Origin: an uncultured Acidobacteriota bacterium | GTDB lineage: Bacteria; Acidobacteriota; Thermoanaerobaculia; Gp7-AA8 | Assembly: GCA_963741955.1 (NCBI GenBank) | Contig: CAVUKB010000001.1 | Coordinates: 224,001 to 288,000, forward strand | Length of the DNA stretch: 64,000 nucleotides | Direction: 5' to 3' | In this document: piece by piece, positions 50,031 to 58,656 of the stretch | Numbering within the stretch: position 1 is the first letter of the stretch | Layout: every line of letters starts with the position of its first letter | Position numbers and translations under genes: made by a program | The notes under the pieces: model-generated | Databases searched by the model: none | Told to the model about the DNA's origin: nothing | What the model saw: only the letters and a program-made list of their open reading frames with translations

Positions 50031-51665
50031 ATGAAGATTTACGCGGGACAGATCAATCCGACCATCGGAGCGCTGGATGCGAATCGGGCTCTGATCGAAA
50101 AAGTGTATCGCGAAGGAGTCGCTGCGGGCGCCGACGTGGTGATGGTTCCGGAGCTCGCGGTGACCGGCTATCCGCCCCGCGACCTGCTGGACCGGCCGAC
50201 GTTCGTCGACGCGAATCTCGCGGTCCGCGATCAGCTGGTCGCGATGACCGGCGAGACCGCGTTGATCTTCGGGTGTGTGACGCGGAATCAGTCGGGGGTG
50301 GGAAAACCGCTGCGAAACGTGGCGGTGGTCGCGCGCGAGGGGAAGATTCTGCTCGAGCAGACGAAAACGCTTCTGCCGACCTACGACGTCTTCGACGAGC
50401 TGCGGTATTTCGAGCCGGCCGGAGTCACGACGCCGCTGGACCTGCTGGGTCACAGGATCGGCGTGGCGATCTGCGAAGATTTCTGGTTCAACGAACTGGT
50501 GGCGGGGCAGCGGTTGTACGGACGCAACCCCGTCGAGACGCTCGCTGCTGCCGGTTGCGACGTTCTGCTCAACATCTCCGCTTCGCCGTTCAATGCCGGC
50601 AAGCGTGCGGCGCGTCATGAGATCTTCCGGGATATCGCGGTGCGCTACGGCGTGCCGATCGTGTACGTGAACCAGGTCGGCGGGAACGACGAGCTCCTGT
50701 TCGACGGGTCGAGTCTGGTGCTGGATCATTCAGGCGCACCGATTTACTGCGCCCACGCGTTCGAGACCGACCACTTTCTCGCGTCACTCGAAGGGCCACC
50801 CTGCGGCGAATTCGAATCGACTTCCTCCGTCGCGGAGATCGTCGCCGCGCTCGAGCTCGGCCTTCGTGACTACGTGCGCAAATGCGGCTTCTCCGACGTG
50901 GTGGTGGGACTCTCAGGCGGCATCGACTCCGCCGTCACCGCGGCGATCGCGGTACGGGCGCTCGGTCCGGAGCACGTCACCGGAATCGCGATGCCGTCGC
51001 AGTTCTCTTCGAAAGGGAGTGTCGACGATGCGCGGCAGCTCGCGCGGAATCTCGGGATCGCGTTTCACCTCGTGCAGATCACGAAGATCTACGAGGGATA
51101 TCGAGGGGCCTTCGACGATCTTTTCGAGAATCACCGGTTCGACATCACCGATGAAAATGTGCAGGCGCGGATCCGGGGCAACCTCCTGATGGCGTGGTCG
51201 AACAAGAACGGTGCGATGGTGCTGAGCACCGGAAACAAATCCGAGCTCGCGGTCGGCTACTGCACGCTCTACGGCGACATGGCGGGGGGCCTCGACCTTC
51301 TCGGGGACGTCTACAAGACGACGGTCTACGACCTCGCGCGCTGGATCAACGGTGGAGGCGAAGTCATCCCGGAGAGCTCCATCACCAAGGCGCCCTCGGC
51401 GGAGCTGAGGCCGGACCAGACGGACCGGGATTCTCTCCCCCCTTACGAGACGCTCGACGCGATCCTGAAGCTCTACATCGAGCAGTGGAAGGAAGTCGAC
51501 GAGATCGTCGACGCTGGGTTCGACCGGGAACTGGTCTCGCGCGTATTGCGGATGGTGGACGGGAACGAGTTCAAGCGCCGGCAGGCCGCGCCCACCATCC
51601 GGGTGTCGAGCAAGGCGTTCGGAACGGGGAGGCAGATTCCGATCGCGCAGCGCTGGCGGCGTTGA
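50031..51665 (+). CDS. nadE: Glutamine-dependent NAD+ synthetase
   Basis: PEL..TGYPP.DL, ICED.W, GLSGGIDS, ENVQARIRG, TGNKSE, PSAELRPDQ.D. Confidence 0.96.
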   Translation: MKIYAGQINPTIGALDANRALIEKVYREGVAAGADVVMVPELAVTGYPPRDLLDRPTFVDANLAVRDQLVAMTGETALIFGCVTRNQSGVGKPLRNVAVVAREGKILLEQTKTLLPTYDVFDELRYFEPAGVTTPLDLLGHRIGVAICEDFWFNELVAGQRLYGRNPVETLAAAGCDVLLNISASPFNAGKRAARHEIFRDIAVRYGVPIVYVNQVGGNDELLFDGSSLVLDHSGAPIYCAHAFETDHFLASLEGPPCGEFESTSSVAEIVAALELGLRDYVRKCGFSDVVVGLSGGIDSAVTAAIAVRALGPEHVTGIAMPSQFSSKGSVDDARQLARNLGIAFHLVQITKIYEGYRGAFDDLFENHRFDITDENVQARIRGNLLMAWSNKNGAMVLSTGNKSELAVGYCTLYGDMAGGLDLLGDVYKTTVYDLARWINGGGEVIPESSITKAPSAELRPDQTDRDSLPPYETLDAILKLYIEQWKEVDEIVDAGFDRELVSRVLRMVDGNEFKRRQAAPTIRVSSKAFGTGRQIPIAQRWRR

Positions 51666-51778
51666 GCCGGCCGGAGGCGGGAGCGCGGATGAGCCACGAC
51701 CGGAGGAACGCACCATCTGCGTTCCGGAAACTCTCCTGCTTTACGGGCGCCGCGCTTCCGTCGCGACGCCGGTTTCCC

Positions 51779-52060
51779 TCAGCGTTCTTTCCCTGCGGTG
51801 CTCGGTGTTCCAGCGGGTGTGGCAAACGACGGCTCTCCCGGTCCGAGCGTGGGACGTGCAACCGTACCGGTGATTCCGACCGCTTCGGCGTACTTCAGAT
51901 ATGTGTCGATCGAGGCGATGACCACGCGTGCTTCGACCGTGATCAGGTCGATTCCCACGAGGGAGATTCGGACCCACGCGTCGACGACGATGCCCTTGTC
52001 GAGAATTCGATCGAGTACGTCGACGAGGCTGCTGCCACCCGGTGCTCTTTCGACTGCCAT
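51779..52060 (-). CDS. gvpA: Gas vesicle structural protein GvpA
   Basis: [51 protein letters not shown]. Confidence 0.95.
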   Translation of the reverse strand: MAVERAPGGSSLVDVLDRILDKGIVVDAWVRISLVGIDLITVEARVVIASIDTYLKYAEAVGITGTVARPTLGPGEPSFATPAGTPSTAGKER

Positions 52061-52063
52061 CCG

Positions 52064-52405
52064 TTACCTGCCTTTCGGTGTCGCTTTCCGCGATCCCTTA
52101 TTCATCTGCTCCGTCCGGCTGCTCTCGAGCCGGTCCAGACGAGCTTTCAGTTCATCAATCTCGCCGCTGGTCTCAGCGCCGGGAAGGGCCGAGTAGAAGC
52201 GCTCATTCCGCCACCAGTTCAGTCCAATCGCCTCGGCTTTGTCGATCGAACAGATCACCAGTCGAAGCTGGATCGTCAGCAGCTCGACGTTCGCGAGCGA
52301 GACTTTGATATCTCCGGCGACCACCAGTCCTTTGTCGAGAATCTTGTCGAGGATGTCGACCAGCCCCTGCGGCTGTCGTTGGGCCACGCGATTTTCAAAG
52401 GCCAA
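52064..52405 (-). CDS. gvpJ: GvpA-family protein (GvpJ-like)
   Basis: LVDILDKILDKGLVVAGDIKVSLANVELLTI.LRL.I.SIDKA..IG.NWW; GGAGGAG RBS, TTG start. Confidence 0.85.
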   Translation of the reverse strand: MAFENRVAQRQPQGLVDILDKILDKGLVVAGDIKVSLANVELLTIQLRLVICSIDKAEAIGLNWWRNERFYSALPGAETSGEIDELKARLDRLESSRTEQMNKGSRKATPKGR

Positions 52406-52524
52406 GTCACTCCTCCATCCGCCTGTCGCGGCTGCCCCTCCATGGGGCCGTCTCGATCTTGTGGCTACACAGGTTCTCGGAAGCGACGGCTCAAGTCAAC
52501 AGCCGATCCTCGGCAGAGCCTGCA

Positions 52525-52541
52525 AGCACGAACTGTGCCGT
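52525..52541 (-). promoter_or_regulatory. Candidate sigma-54 promoter for gvpJ-gvpA
   Basis: ACGGCACAGTTCGTGCT (GG-N10-GC) 120 bp upstream of the start. Confidence 0.5.
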
Positions 52542-52589
52542 ATTCAGGACGAGCAAGTGCCAGGCTCGCCGCTCCGGAGTGAGAATCTG

Positions 52590-52641
52590 GCCCGGATTAT
52601 TCACGGCATTCCGTCCCGGAAGTCCCGTGAATAATCCGGGC
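52590..52641. mobile_element. 52-bp minimal MITE / palindrome with a perfect 17-bp IR GCCCGGATTATTCACGG
   Basis: Same end sequence as 8819-8831 and 63397-63412. Confidence 0.7.
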
Positions 52642-52674
52642 TGCTTCTGATTCGCCTGATAAGCTGCGCCGCTC

Positions 52675-53211
52675 ATGGGAACCATCATAGGAGTCATATC
52701 GGATACCCACGGATTGCTCGATCCGGAGGTCGACGTCATTTTCGAGAAAGTCGACTGGATCATTCATGCCGGAGACATCGGAGACGGGAAAGTCCTCGAG
52801 CACCTGAAGACGCTCGCGCCGCTCACGGCGGTGGCCGGAAACGTCGACGGATTCAGCCTCGGAGATGCCGGAGAGACGGCGCGGGTGACTCTCGACGGGC
52901 TCAGGTTTTTCGTGACCCACGTGATCGACCGGCCGAACCGTCTGACGCGCGAAGTCACGGTCGCGCTAGCCTCGGATCCGGCCGACGTCGTCATCTTCGG
53001 ACACAGCCATCTTCCGCACGACGAGCGGATCGGAAGAGCTCTCTTCTTCAATCCTGCGAGCGCAGGGCCGAGGCGTTTCGATTACCCGAGAGCGGTAGGG
53101 CTGATCGAAATCGACGGCGGCGTGGCGCGCGGTCGTCACGTCGCGCTCGACGCCGAATCGGAAGCTGCACTCGAGAAGTACATGAACGCTCTGTCGCACA
53201 CGCGGAGATGA
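52675..53211 (+). CDS. YfcE-family metallophosphoesterase
   Basis: ISDTHG, HAGDIG, GNVD, TH, FGHSH.P, NPAS. Confidence 0.92.
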   Translation: MGTIIGVISDTHGLLDPEVDVIFEKVDWIIHAGDIGDGKVLEHLKTLAPLTAVAGNVDGFSLGDAGETARVTLDGLRFFVTHVIDRPNRLTREVTVALASDPADVVIFGHSHLPHDERIGRALFFNPASAGPRRFDYPRAVGLIEIDGGVARGRHVALDAESEAALEKYMNALSHTRR

Positions 53212-53300
53212 TTCCCAGGGTGACGCCCTGGGCTGCGGGTGTGCACGTCCGCTTCGCGGAGTGGGGACGATTCGTGGTGCGCGTGTCGCGATTCCTCCAG

Positions 53301-53642
53301 TCAGTCGAACGTCTTGATCGGCCCGAGGGAAAGAGAGAGATCGTCGTCGGTGAGGTCGAAGATCTCCTTCATCTCTTCCATTTTCTCTTCGAGTTTCATC
53401 AGAGAGAGTCCCAGGCGCTCGATCTCTTCCTCGTTGAGGTTCCCGCTGTCCATCCTGCGGAGCGCCTGCCGTTCGAGAAGACGTCGAATCAGCTCGATCA
53501 GCGAGAGGACGAGGCGCGCGAGGCCGTTCTCCACCGAGTCGGAGTCTGCCTGAATTCGTTCCGGAATGACATTCGTGGTGAGATCGAGCGCATTCCGAAG
53601 CTCGTCCTCCCGGTTTGCGACGAAGAGCCGCTGATCACTCAT
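53301..53642 (-). CDS. gvpK: Gas vesicle protein GvpK
   Basis: GLARLVLSLIELIRRLLERQALRRM..G.L...EIERLG..LM.L...L.L.LGP. Confidence 0.92.
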   Translation of the reverse strand: MSDQRLFVANREDELRNALDLTTNVIPERIQADSDSVENGLARLVLSLIELIRRLLERQALRRMDSGNLNEEEIERLGLSLMKLEEKMEEMKEIFDLTDDDLSLSLGPIKTFD

Positions 53643-54282
53643 CGGTGAACACCTCCAGAGGCCAGGGGCCGGAGACGAGGAACGGGGTGGCGGGAAATTT
53701 TCGGCGAAGCTCCTCGGCAGCCGCCGCGATCTCTCCCTGCTGTTCCCGTGGAACGAGGATCGCGAGCTCTTCGCTGCCGTCGTGACGCTCGACCCAACGA
53801 AACCCCGAGGCATGAGAACCGAGGAGCCGTCCCGCTGTCTCCCGGAACTGTGGATCCGTGGCGGGTTGGCGCATCCGATGAAGTTCGCGAAGGTAATCCG
53901 CTCCACGAGTGAAATTTCGCCGGTCGGGGCGCGAAACGGTTCCCGAACCGGCGCGGAGGGTGAACTCGACCTCTCCGGGGTACCGCTCGAGCAGCGATCG
54001 CCACGAGGGAGCGGACGCCCCGAACTTTGCAACCGCCTCCGCCTGATCCGCGAAAACGGCTCCGTAACGTACGGCGATGAACGTCGAATGCTCGAGGAGC
54101 GCCGCGCGGGCCGTGATGGCGCGGGTGAGAACGTCGCGCGATGCGGTGTTCTCCTCCTCACCGATCGCAATGCCGCTGACGAAGACGCCGGCAACGTCGA
54201 ACACCTTCACTCCGTCGACGCCGGCGGTGTCGGACGCGGACTGGTGGATGCCGATTGCGAGGTAGCGCTCACGATTTCTCAT
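53635..54282 (-). CDS. Divergent GvpL/GvpF-family protein
   Basis: FIAVRYG..F, RGADYL, SGPWPL; position in the gvp operon. Confidence 0.75.
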   Translation of the reverse strand: MRNRERYLAIGIHQSASDTAGVDGVKVFDVAGVFVSGIAIGEEENTASRDVLTRAITARAALLEHSTFIAVRYGAVFADQAEAVAKFGASAPSWRSLLERYPGEVEFTLRAGSGTVSRPDRRNFTRGADYLRELHRMRQPATDPQFRETAGRLLGSHASGFRWVERHDGSEELAILVPREQQGEIAAAAEELRRKFPATPFLVSGPWPLEVFTDE

Positions 54283-54487
54283 CGGCGTCCCGGGAATCGA
54301 TCTGCGGTGGTTTCTTCCGGTTTCCGGTGATGGTGTCGACGCTCGCAAGAACCACATTCAACCCGAGGTAGAGGAGGTCGATGTCGCCGATGGAGACGAT
54401 CGCCTGGCCGGAGATGACCACTCCCCGGTCGAGGAGGTGATCGAGGGTGTCCAGAAGGGTCAGGTCTCTCGTTTCGTTGTCGTTCAT
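54269..54487 (-). CDS. Small GvpA-family accessory protein (GvpS/M-like)
   Basis: TLLDTLDHLLDRGVVISG....SIGDIDLLYLGL.V.LASV. Confidence 0.85.
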   Translation of the reverse strand: MNDNETRDLTLLDTLDHLLDRGVVISGQAIVSIGDIDLLYLGLNVVLASVDTITGNRKKPPQIDSRDADEKS

Positions 54488-57132
54488 CGAATCTCCGAGG
54501 TGAAGCTGTACGAGGGCCAGGGGCCGGTGAGCGACAATGTAATTCCGTCGGGCTCGTAGCGGCCGGCCATCTCCTTCAGAACCGACTCGAGTTGCGGAGC
54601 TCCGTCCCGCGGCACGAGGAGATCTATCTGAGGAAACGATCCGGCGCGCTGCTGTCGCGATTCGATGACCATGGGAGCGTTGAGACGTCGATCCAGTTCG
54701 GTGGCGATCTCCTCCACCACGGCCTGTTCCGCCTCCTCCGCCGCGTTCTTCCGTTCTTCGGCCGCCTTCTTCTTCAGCAGATAGGCCTTCCCTGCCGGAG
54801 CGGCGGCGATCTCTCCCTCCAGATCGGAGAGTGAGGGCACGCGTCTGCCGAGGGCGGCGTTCCACTTCTCGGGGTCGAATTCGATCCGCACCGTCCACTC
54901 CTGCCGTCCTTCGATTCTCTGCAGGAGGGCGAGGATCTCTTCGTGCTGCTCGCGCAGAAACTTCCGCACGCTCTCTTCGGAGGTGAAGAGCGTGAACGCG
55001 CGAAGCGGCACGACGTCGCCGGCCGCCGAGAGGGCGTCGAGGACTCCCTCGTGTCGAAATGCGATTCGCTCGATCCACTCCATGTCGGCAGCACGGCGAT
55101 CGATCTCTTCCTGAGTGAACTCTGCTGCAGGGACCACGCTGCAGATCGAGGTCAGACCGGCTTCGGTGAGGAAGCGAAACTCCCCCTCGAAATGGATGGG
55201 GTGGACTCCGTCGAGCACCGACGGATCGGTCTCGCGCGCAACGGCATAGAGATAAACGCTCCAATCACTCATTTCGAGGGGAGTTTGACGCAACGGCACG
55301 AGCTCGCGCAAATCGGACTCGTCGACCGGAGGCGAACCGCGGCGGGAAACGATGGTCAATGGACGCTCGAGAGCAGCGATCGTCGCGAGCTGAAACTTCC
55401 TCTCGATGCGGTCGCAGGCGCAGTCGCTTTCCTGGAGGACGGAGTTCGCGACGACGGCGCGGACGTCGAGCCCGTGAGCGTCGAGCGCCTCCAGCAGGCG
55501 CCTGGTTTCGGCGACTACGATCCGCTCGGGACGAAAGACGACCACGGCGCTGGCTCTCGGCGAGTGGAGGAGCTTTTCGAACTCCTTGAGCGAGCGTGAC
55601 GCCTCGAGGAGCCGCTCGCCGAGAGTTCCGGGGGGGATCAGCTCGCGGTAGCGGAGGAGCAGCCGCATGAACTCGCGAACCCATTCGCCCGCGGTGGAAG
55701 GAAGCTCCAGGAGCCTCAGGAAGTGGCCGGTGGGAGCGGTATCGACGAAGACTGTTGCGTCGGCCGCCGCGAGGTCTGCGAGGCGCATGATCGCGAAGAT
55801 CTCATCGGCGCCGGGGGGAGCGGCGTCGAACAGTTCTTCCGTGACCCGTGCGTCGTACGCGAGGGAGAGCCCCTTCGGGGTCATGGAGCCGATGGCGCGG
55901 GAGATCTCCTCGCCCATGGTCTCGCGCAGCTCGTTCCATCTGGAACGGCTGTCGAGAATCTCGACATCGAGATTCGCGGGTGGAGTGATGCGCTCGAAGA
56001 CGTCGCGGAGAGAATGCGCGGGATCCACCGAGAGAATGGTGAACCGCCGCTCGGGGAAGAGCGAAGCCATCTGGAGGGCGACCGACGACGAGACGGTCGT
56101 CTTCCCGACTCCTCCTTTTCCGGCGAAGAAGAGGAGACGCAGAGCTGTGTCCACTTCGATCGGATGGGATTCTTCGACGCGTCCGGAGCGGGCCGGAGGA
56201 GATGCGGTCTCGCCGTTCAGGTATCTCCGCAGATCCCGGGCGGATGCCATCGGCGAGCACGATCGCGGCGCCTCGACGACGGGCACGGGTTCCATCGATT
56301 TCACGGCACGCTTCGCGGCGCGCCGGGCATCGCGGCACGACGCGCAGTCGCAGCCGTGAGGCGCGCGATTCAGAACGGCGAACGGGACCGAGATGCCGAG
56401 CTCACTCACCTCGCGGATGAGTCGCCCGGTCTGTTCGACCACCCACGGCTCCGCGAGAACGACGGGAACGAACGCCGACTCGGCAGGGTCCTGAAGAAGC
56501 CGGAGATGCTTTTCCGCCTGACCGCGGAAGGATGCGAGAAACTCGTCCAGTGCATCCCGGACCCTGCGACGCGAGAGCTGGTAGACGATCTCCGAGTGCT
56601 TCTCCTGCATCGTTTCGAGAACGTCGGACAGCTGTTCGAAGTGGCGCCATGAACCGAGCATCCGAAGGGTGTGTCCGGTCGGTGCAGTATCGACCACCAG
56701 AAGCGATGAGGAGCTCGAAGCGAGATCCCCGATCCGGAGCCACGCCATCAGCTCGTCGACGCCGGGGAGGGCGAGCTCGAAGAATCGTTCGAGCTCGTCA
56801 CGGTCGAGATAGGTACCACGCTCGCCTGCTTCGAGGAACTGAGCGAGATTCCGATCGAGGAACTCACGATACAGCCGCTTCGCGTCGAGCTCTTCGACCG
56901 TGATCCGCCGAGGAGGGCGGGAAAAGAAATCGCCGAGGTTGGAGGCGGGATCGGTGGTGAAGAGGGTGACCGGACGCCGGGTCGAGTAGTGGATGGCGGC
57001 GAGAGAGGCGAGAGTCGTCTTGCCGACTCCACCTTTTCCTCCGAAGAGGACGACCTGTCTGGAAGCGAGCGAGTCGAGGCGTTCGGCGAGGATCTCGACG
57101 AGGCGGGGGAGCGAGGCGGAACCTTGATTCAT
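54484..57132 (-). CDS. Tandem ArsA/GET3-family ATPase fused to a C-terminal GvpL/GvpF domain
   Basis: Two each of GKGGVGKTT, DPA, PG.DE and DTAPTGH; from residue 621 (nt 55272) YLYAV, HE.V, VVPLR..T.F, GKAYL, TGPWPSYSF. Confidence 0.88.
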   Translation of the reverse strand: MNQGSASLPRLVEILAERLDSLASRQVVLFGGKGGVGKTTLASLAAIHYSTRRPVTLFTTDPASNLGDFFSRPPRRITVEELDAKRLYREFLDRNLAQFLEAGERGTYLDRDELERFFELALPGVDELMAWLRIGDLASSSSSLLVVDTAPTGHTLRMLGSWRHFEQLSDVLETMQEKHSEIVYQLSRRRVRDALDEFLASFRGQAEKHLRLLQDPAESAFVPVVLAEPWVVEQTGRLIREVSELGISVPFAVLNRAPHGCDCASCRDARRAAKRAVKSMEPVPVVEAPRSCSPMASARDLRRYLNGETASPPARSGRVEESHPIEVDTALRLLFFAGKGGVGKTTVSSSVALQMASLFPERRFTILSVDPAHSLRDVFERITPPANLDVEILDSRSRWNELRETMGEEISRAIGSMTPKGLSLAYDARVTEELFDAAPPGADEIFAIMRLADLAAADATVFVDTAPTGHFLRLLELPSTAGEWVREFMRLLLRYRELIPPGTLGERLLEASRSLKEFEKLLHSPRASAVVVFRPERIVVAETRRLLEALDAHGLDVRAVVANSVLQESDCACDRIERKFQLATIAALERPLTIVSRRGSPPVDESDLRELVPLRQTPLEMSDWSVYLYAVARETDPSVLDGVHPIHFEGEFRFLTEAGLTSICSVVPAAEFTQEEIDRRAADMEWIERIAFRHEGVLDALSAAGDVVPLRAFTLFTSEESVRKFLREQHEEILALLQRIEGRQEWTVRIEFDPEKWNAALGRRVPSLSDLEGEIAAAPAGKAYLLKKKAAEERKNAAEEAEQAVVEEIATELDRRLNAPMVIESRQQRAGSFPQIDLLVPRDGAPQLESVLKEMAGRYEPDGITLSLTGPWPSYSFTSEIR

Positions 57133-57446
57133 TCGCCGTAGTCGGTGTGAATTTCGATCACCGGCCCTTCGTCGGCCTCTTCTTCTTCGTACTGGCGGGC
57201 CATCTCTTCGCGCATCTGCCGGATCTCACGGAGTCGCTGGAAGATCACCGCCTCTTCTGCGGTGTATTCCTCTTCGCTGATCTCGCCGATCTCGAGACGC
57301 ATCTGGAGCTCGATCAACCGTTCCTTCCAGACCTGGTCGTTCATCAGCTCGTGATTGGCCATGGTCTGGATCTGCTCGAGGACCCACCGTACGCCGGCAG
57401 CGGGGCCGGTGATGGGGAGGAGAAGGATGTCGTCGATCAGCAGCAT
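57129..57446 (-). CDS. gvpG: Gas vesicle protein GvpG
   Basis: LLLPITGP..G..WV...I...A..E, L.ELQ..LE.GEISEEEY...E. Confidence 0.9.
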   Translation of the reverse strand: MLLIDDILLLPITGPAAGVRWVLEQIQTMANHELMNDQVWKERLIELQMRLEIGEISEEEYTAEEAVIFQRLREIRQMREEMARQYEEEEADEGPVIEIHTDYGE

Positions 57447-57455
57447 GTCAGTTCA

Positions 57456-57795
57456 TCGAGAGGCATCGTGGATCGTGGATCGTGGATCGTGGATCGAGGA
57501 TCTGAAAGGCATCGAGGATCGAGGATCGTGGATCGTGGATCTGAAAGGCATCGAGGATCGAGGATCGTGGATCGAGGATCTGAAAGGCATCGAGGATCGA
57601 GGATCGAGGATCGAGGATCTGAAAGGCATCGAGGATCGAGGATCGAGGATCGTGGAGGCATCGAGGATCGAGGATCTGAGAAGCTGGTCCATCGAGGGTG
57701 TCGGGTCGTGCTGCGGATGGTGGCCGTATTGTGATGGCCATCCGACTCGGTGGTCGTCGTTCCGATCCACAATCCACCATCTTCGATCCACGATG
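57456..57795. repeat. GATCG(A/T)G heptamer tract punctuated by TCTGAAAGGCA, with an inverted CGATCCA tract at 57761-57795
   Basis: Directly visible; four TCTGAAAGGCATCGAG units at about 39-bp spacing. Confidence 0.9.
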
Positions 57796-57807
57796 TCCGA
57801 TTGTACC

Positions 57808-58620
57808 TCAGCGGTCCGTGCGCTCCAGACGGAGCCGGATGTTCACGAAGTTGTAGGGGGGCCACGGGCCGGTGTAGAGAAAAGTCAGCCGGTTCTCGTA
57901 CTTGCGGGCGATCTCCGAGACCTGTTCGTCGAAGAGCCTGGTCTTGTCGCGGTCGACCAGGAATGCGGCGTTCAGGATCATCTTCTCGCCGATCGGTTTG
58001 TTCGACCGCGACGCGATCGCCGCGCCGCGGAGTGTCTCGTAGATCTCGGTCACGTAACGGTCCGACTTCTCCTGAAGCGCGGTCTCGACCAGACGACCGA
58101 GCTGCATCCGGGCGAAGTAGCTCTGGCTTGCATTCTGATCCGCTTTGAGCCGTTGAATCTCGTCGTTCTCATTCTCGATCTCGCGGATCACCAGGTCCCG
58201 GTTCCAGTTCACCTTCAGCCCGAACTCGATCTTTCCTTCCATCTTCTCGAGCACTTCCACCAGAGCGTCGTACGTGCCGGCGAGGAACGCCCGGATGTCA
58301 TCCTCGGTGCGGAAGACCGTTCCGAAGCTCATCGGAAGGACGGTGAAATCCTTCATCACCACCTCGTTCACGTGCTCGTGGGCGAGGGCATTGTCCCGGG
58401 TGGGATCGAACACCACCAGAGGACAGTTGGAGACGACCGCGGCGAAGCCCTTGTGGTGGACGGTGAAGACGTCGTCTCCCCGGCCGCCGATGCCGAGATT
58501 GCCGAAGCTCAGCGGCTGATCCGTTTTGATGATGCAGTAGACGTACTTTCCCTGATCGGGCTCGTTCCTGGTGTGGTCCGGTGTGCTGGATTGCTCCTTC
58601 ATCGCCAGTTCTTGCCCCAT
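57808..58620 (-). CDS. gvpF: GvpF/GvpL-family gas vesicle protein
   Basis: YVYCII, AHE.VNE.VM...TVLPMSFG, ILNAAFLV, TGPWPPYNF; GAGG RBS. Confidence 0.9.
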   Translation of the reverse strand: MGQELAMKEQSSTPDHTRNEPDQGKYVYCIIKTDQPLSFGNLGIGGRGDDVFTVHHKGFAAVVSNCPLVVFDPTRDNALAHEHVNEVVMKDFTVLPMSFGTVFRTEDDIRAFLAGTYDALVEVLEKMEGKIEFGLKVNWNRDLVIREIENENDEIQRLKADQNASQSYFARMQLGRLVETALQEKSDRYVTEIYETLRGAAIASRSNKPIGEKMILNAAFLVDRDKTRLFDEQVSEIARKYENRLTFLYTGPWPPYNFVNIRLRLERTDR

Positions 58621-58656
58621 ATCCTCAATTCCGGAGGGCTTTATAATACGTTCCGA

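Noticed and set aside
54484-57132. Arsenic-resistance ArsA
   Set aside because: No arsB, acr3, arsD, arsC or arsR nearby; the canonical metalloid-binding context is not evident; the gene is embedded in the gvp operon.
57456-57680. CRISPR array, or a repeat-encoded N-terminus of MutY (817-aa ORF from 57355)
   Set aside because: It is a simple heptamer repeat. The extension is antisense to gvpF/gvpG, and MutY homology starts near 58657.
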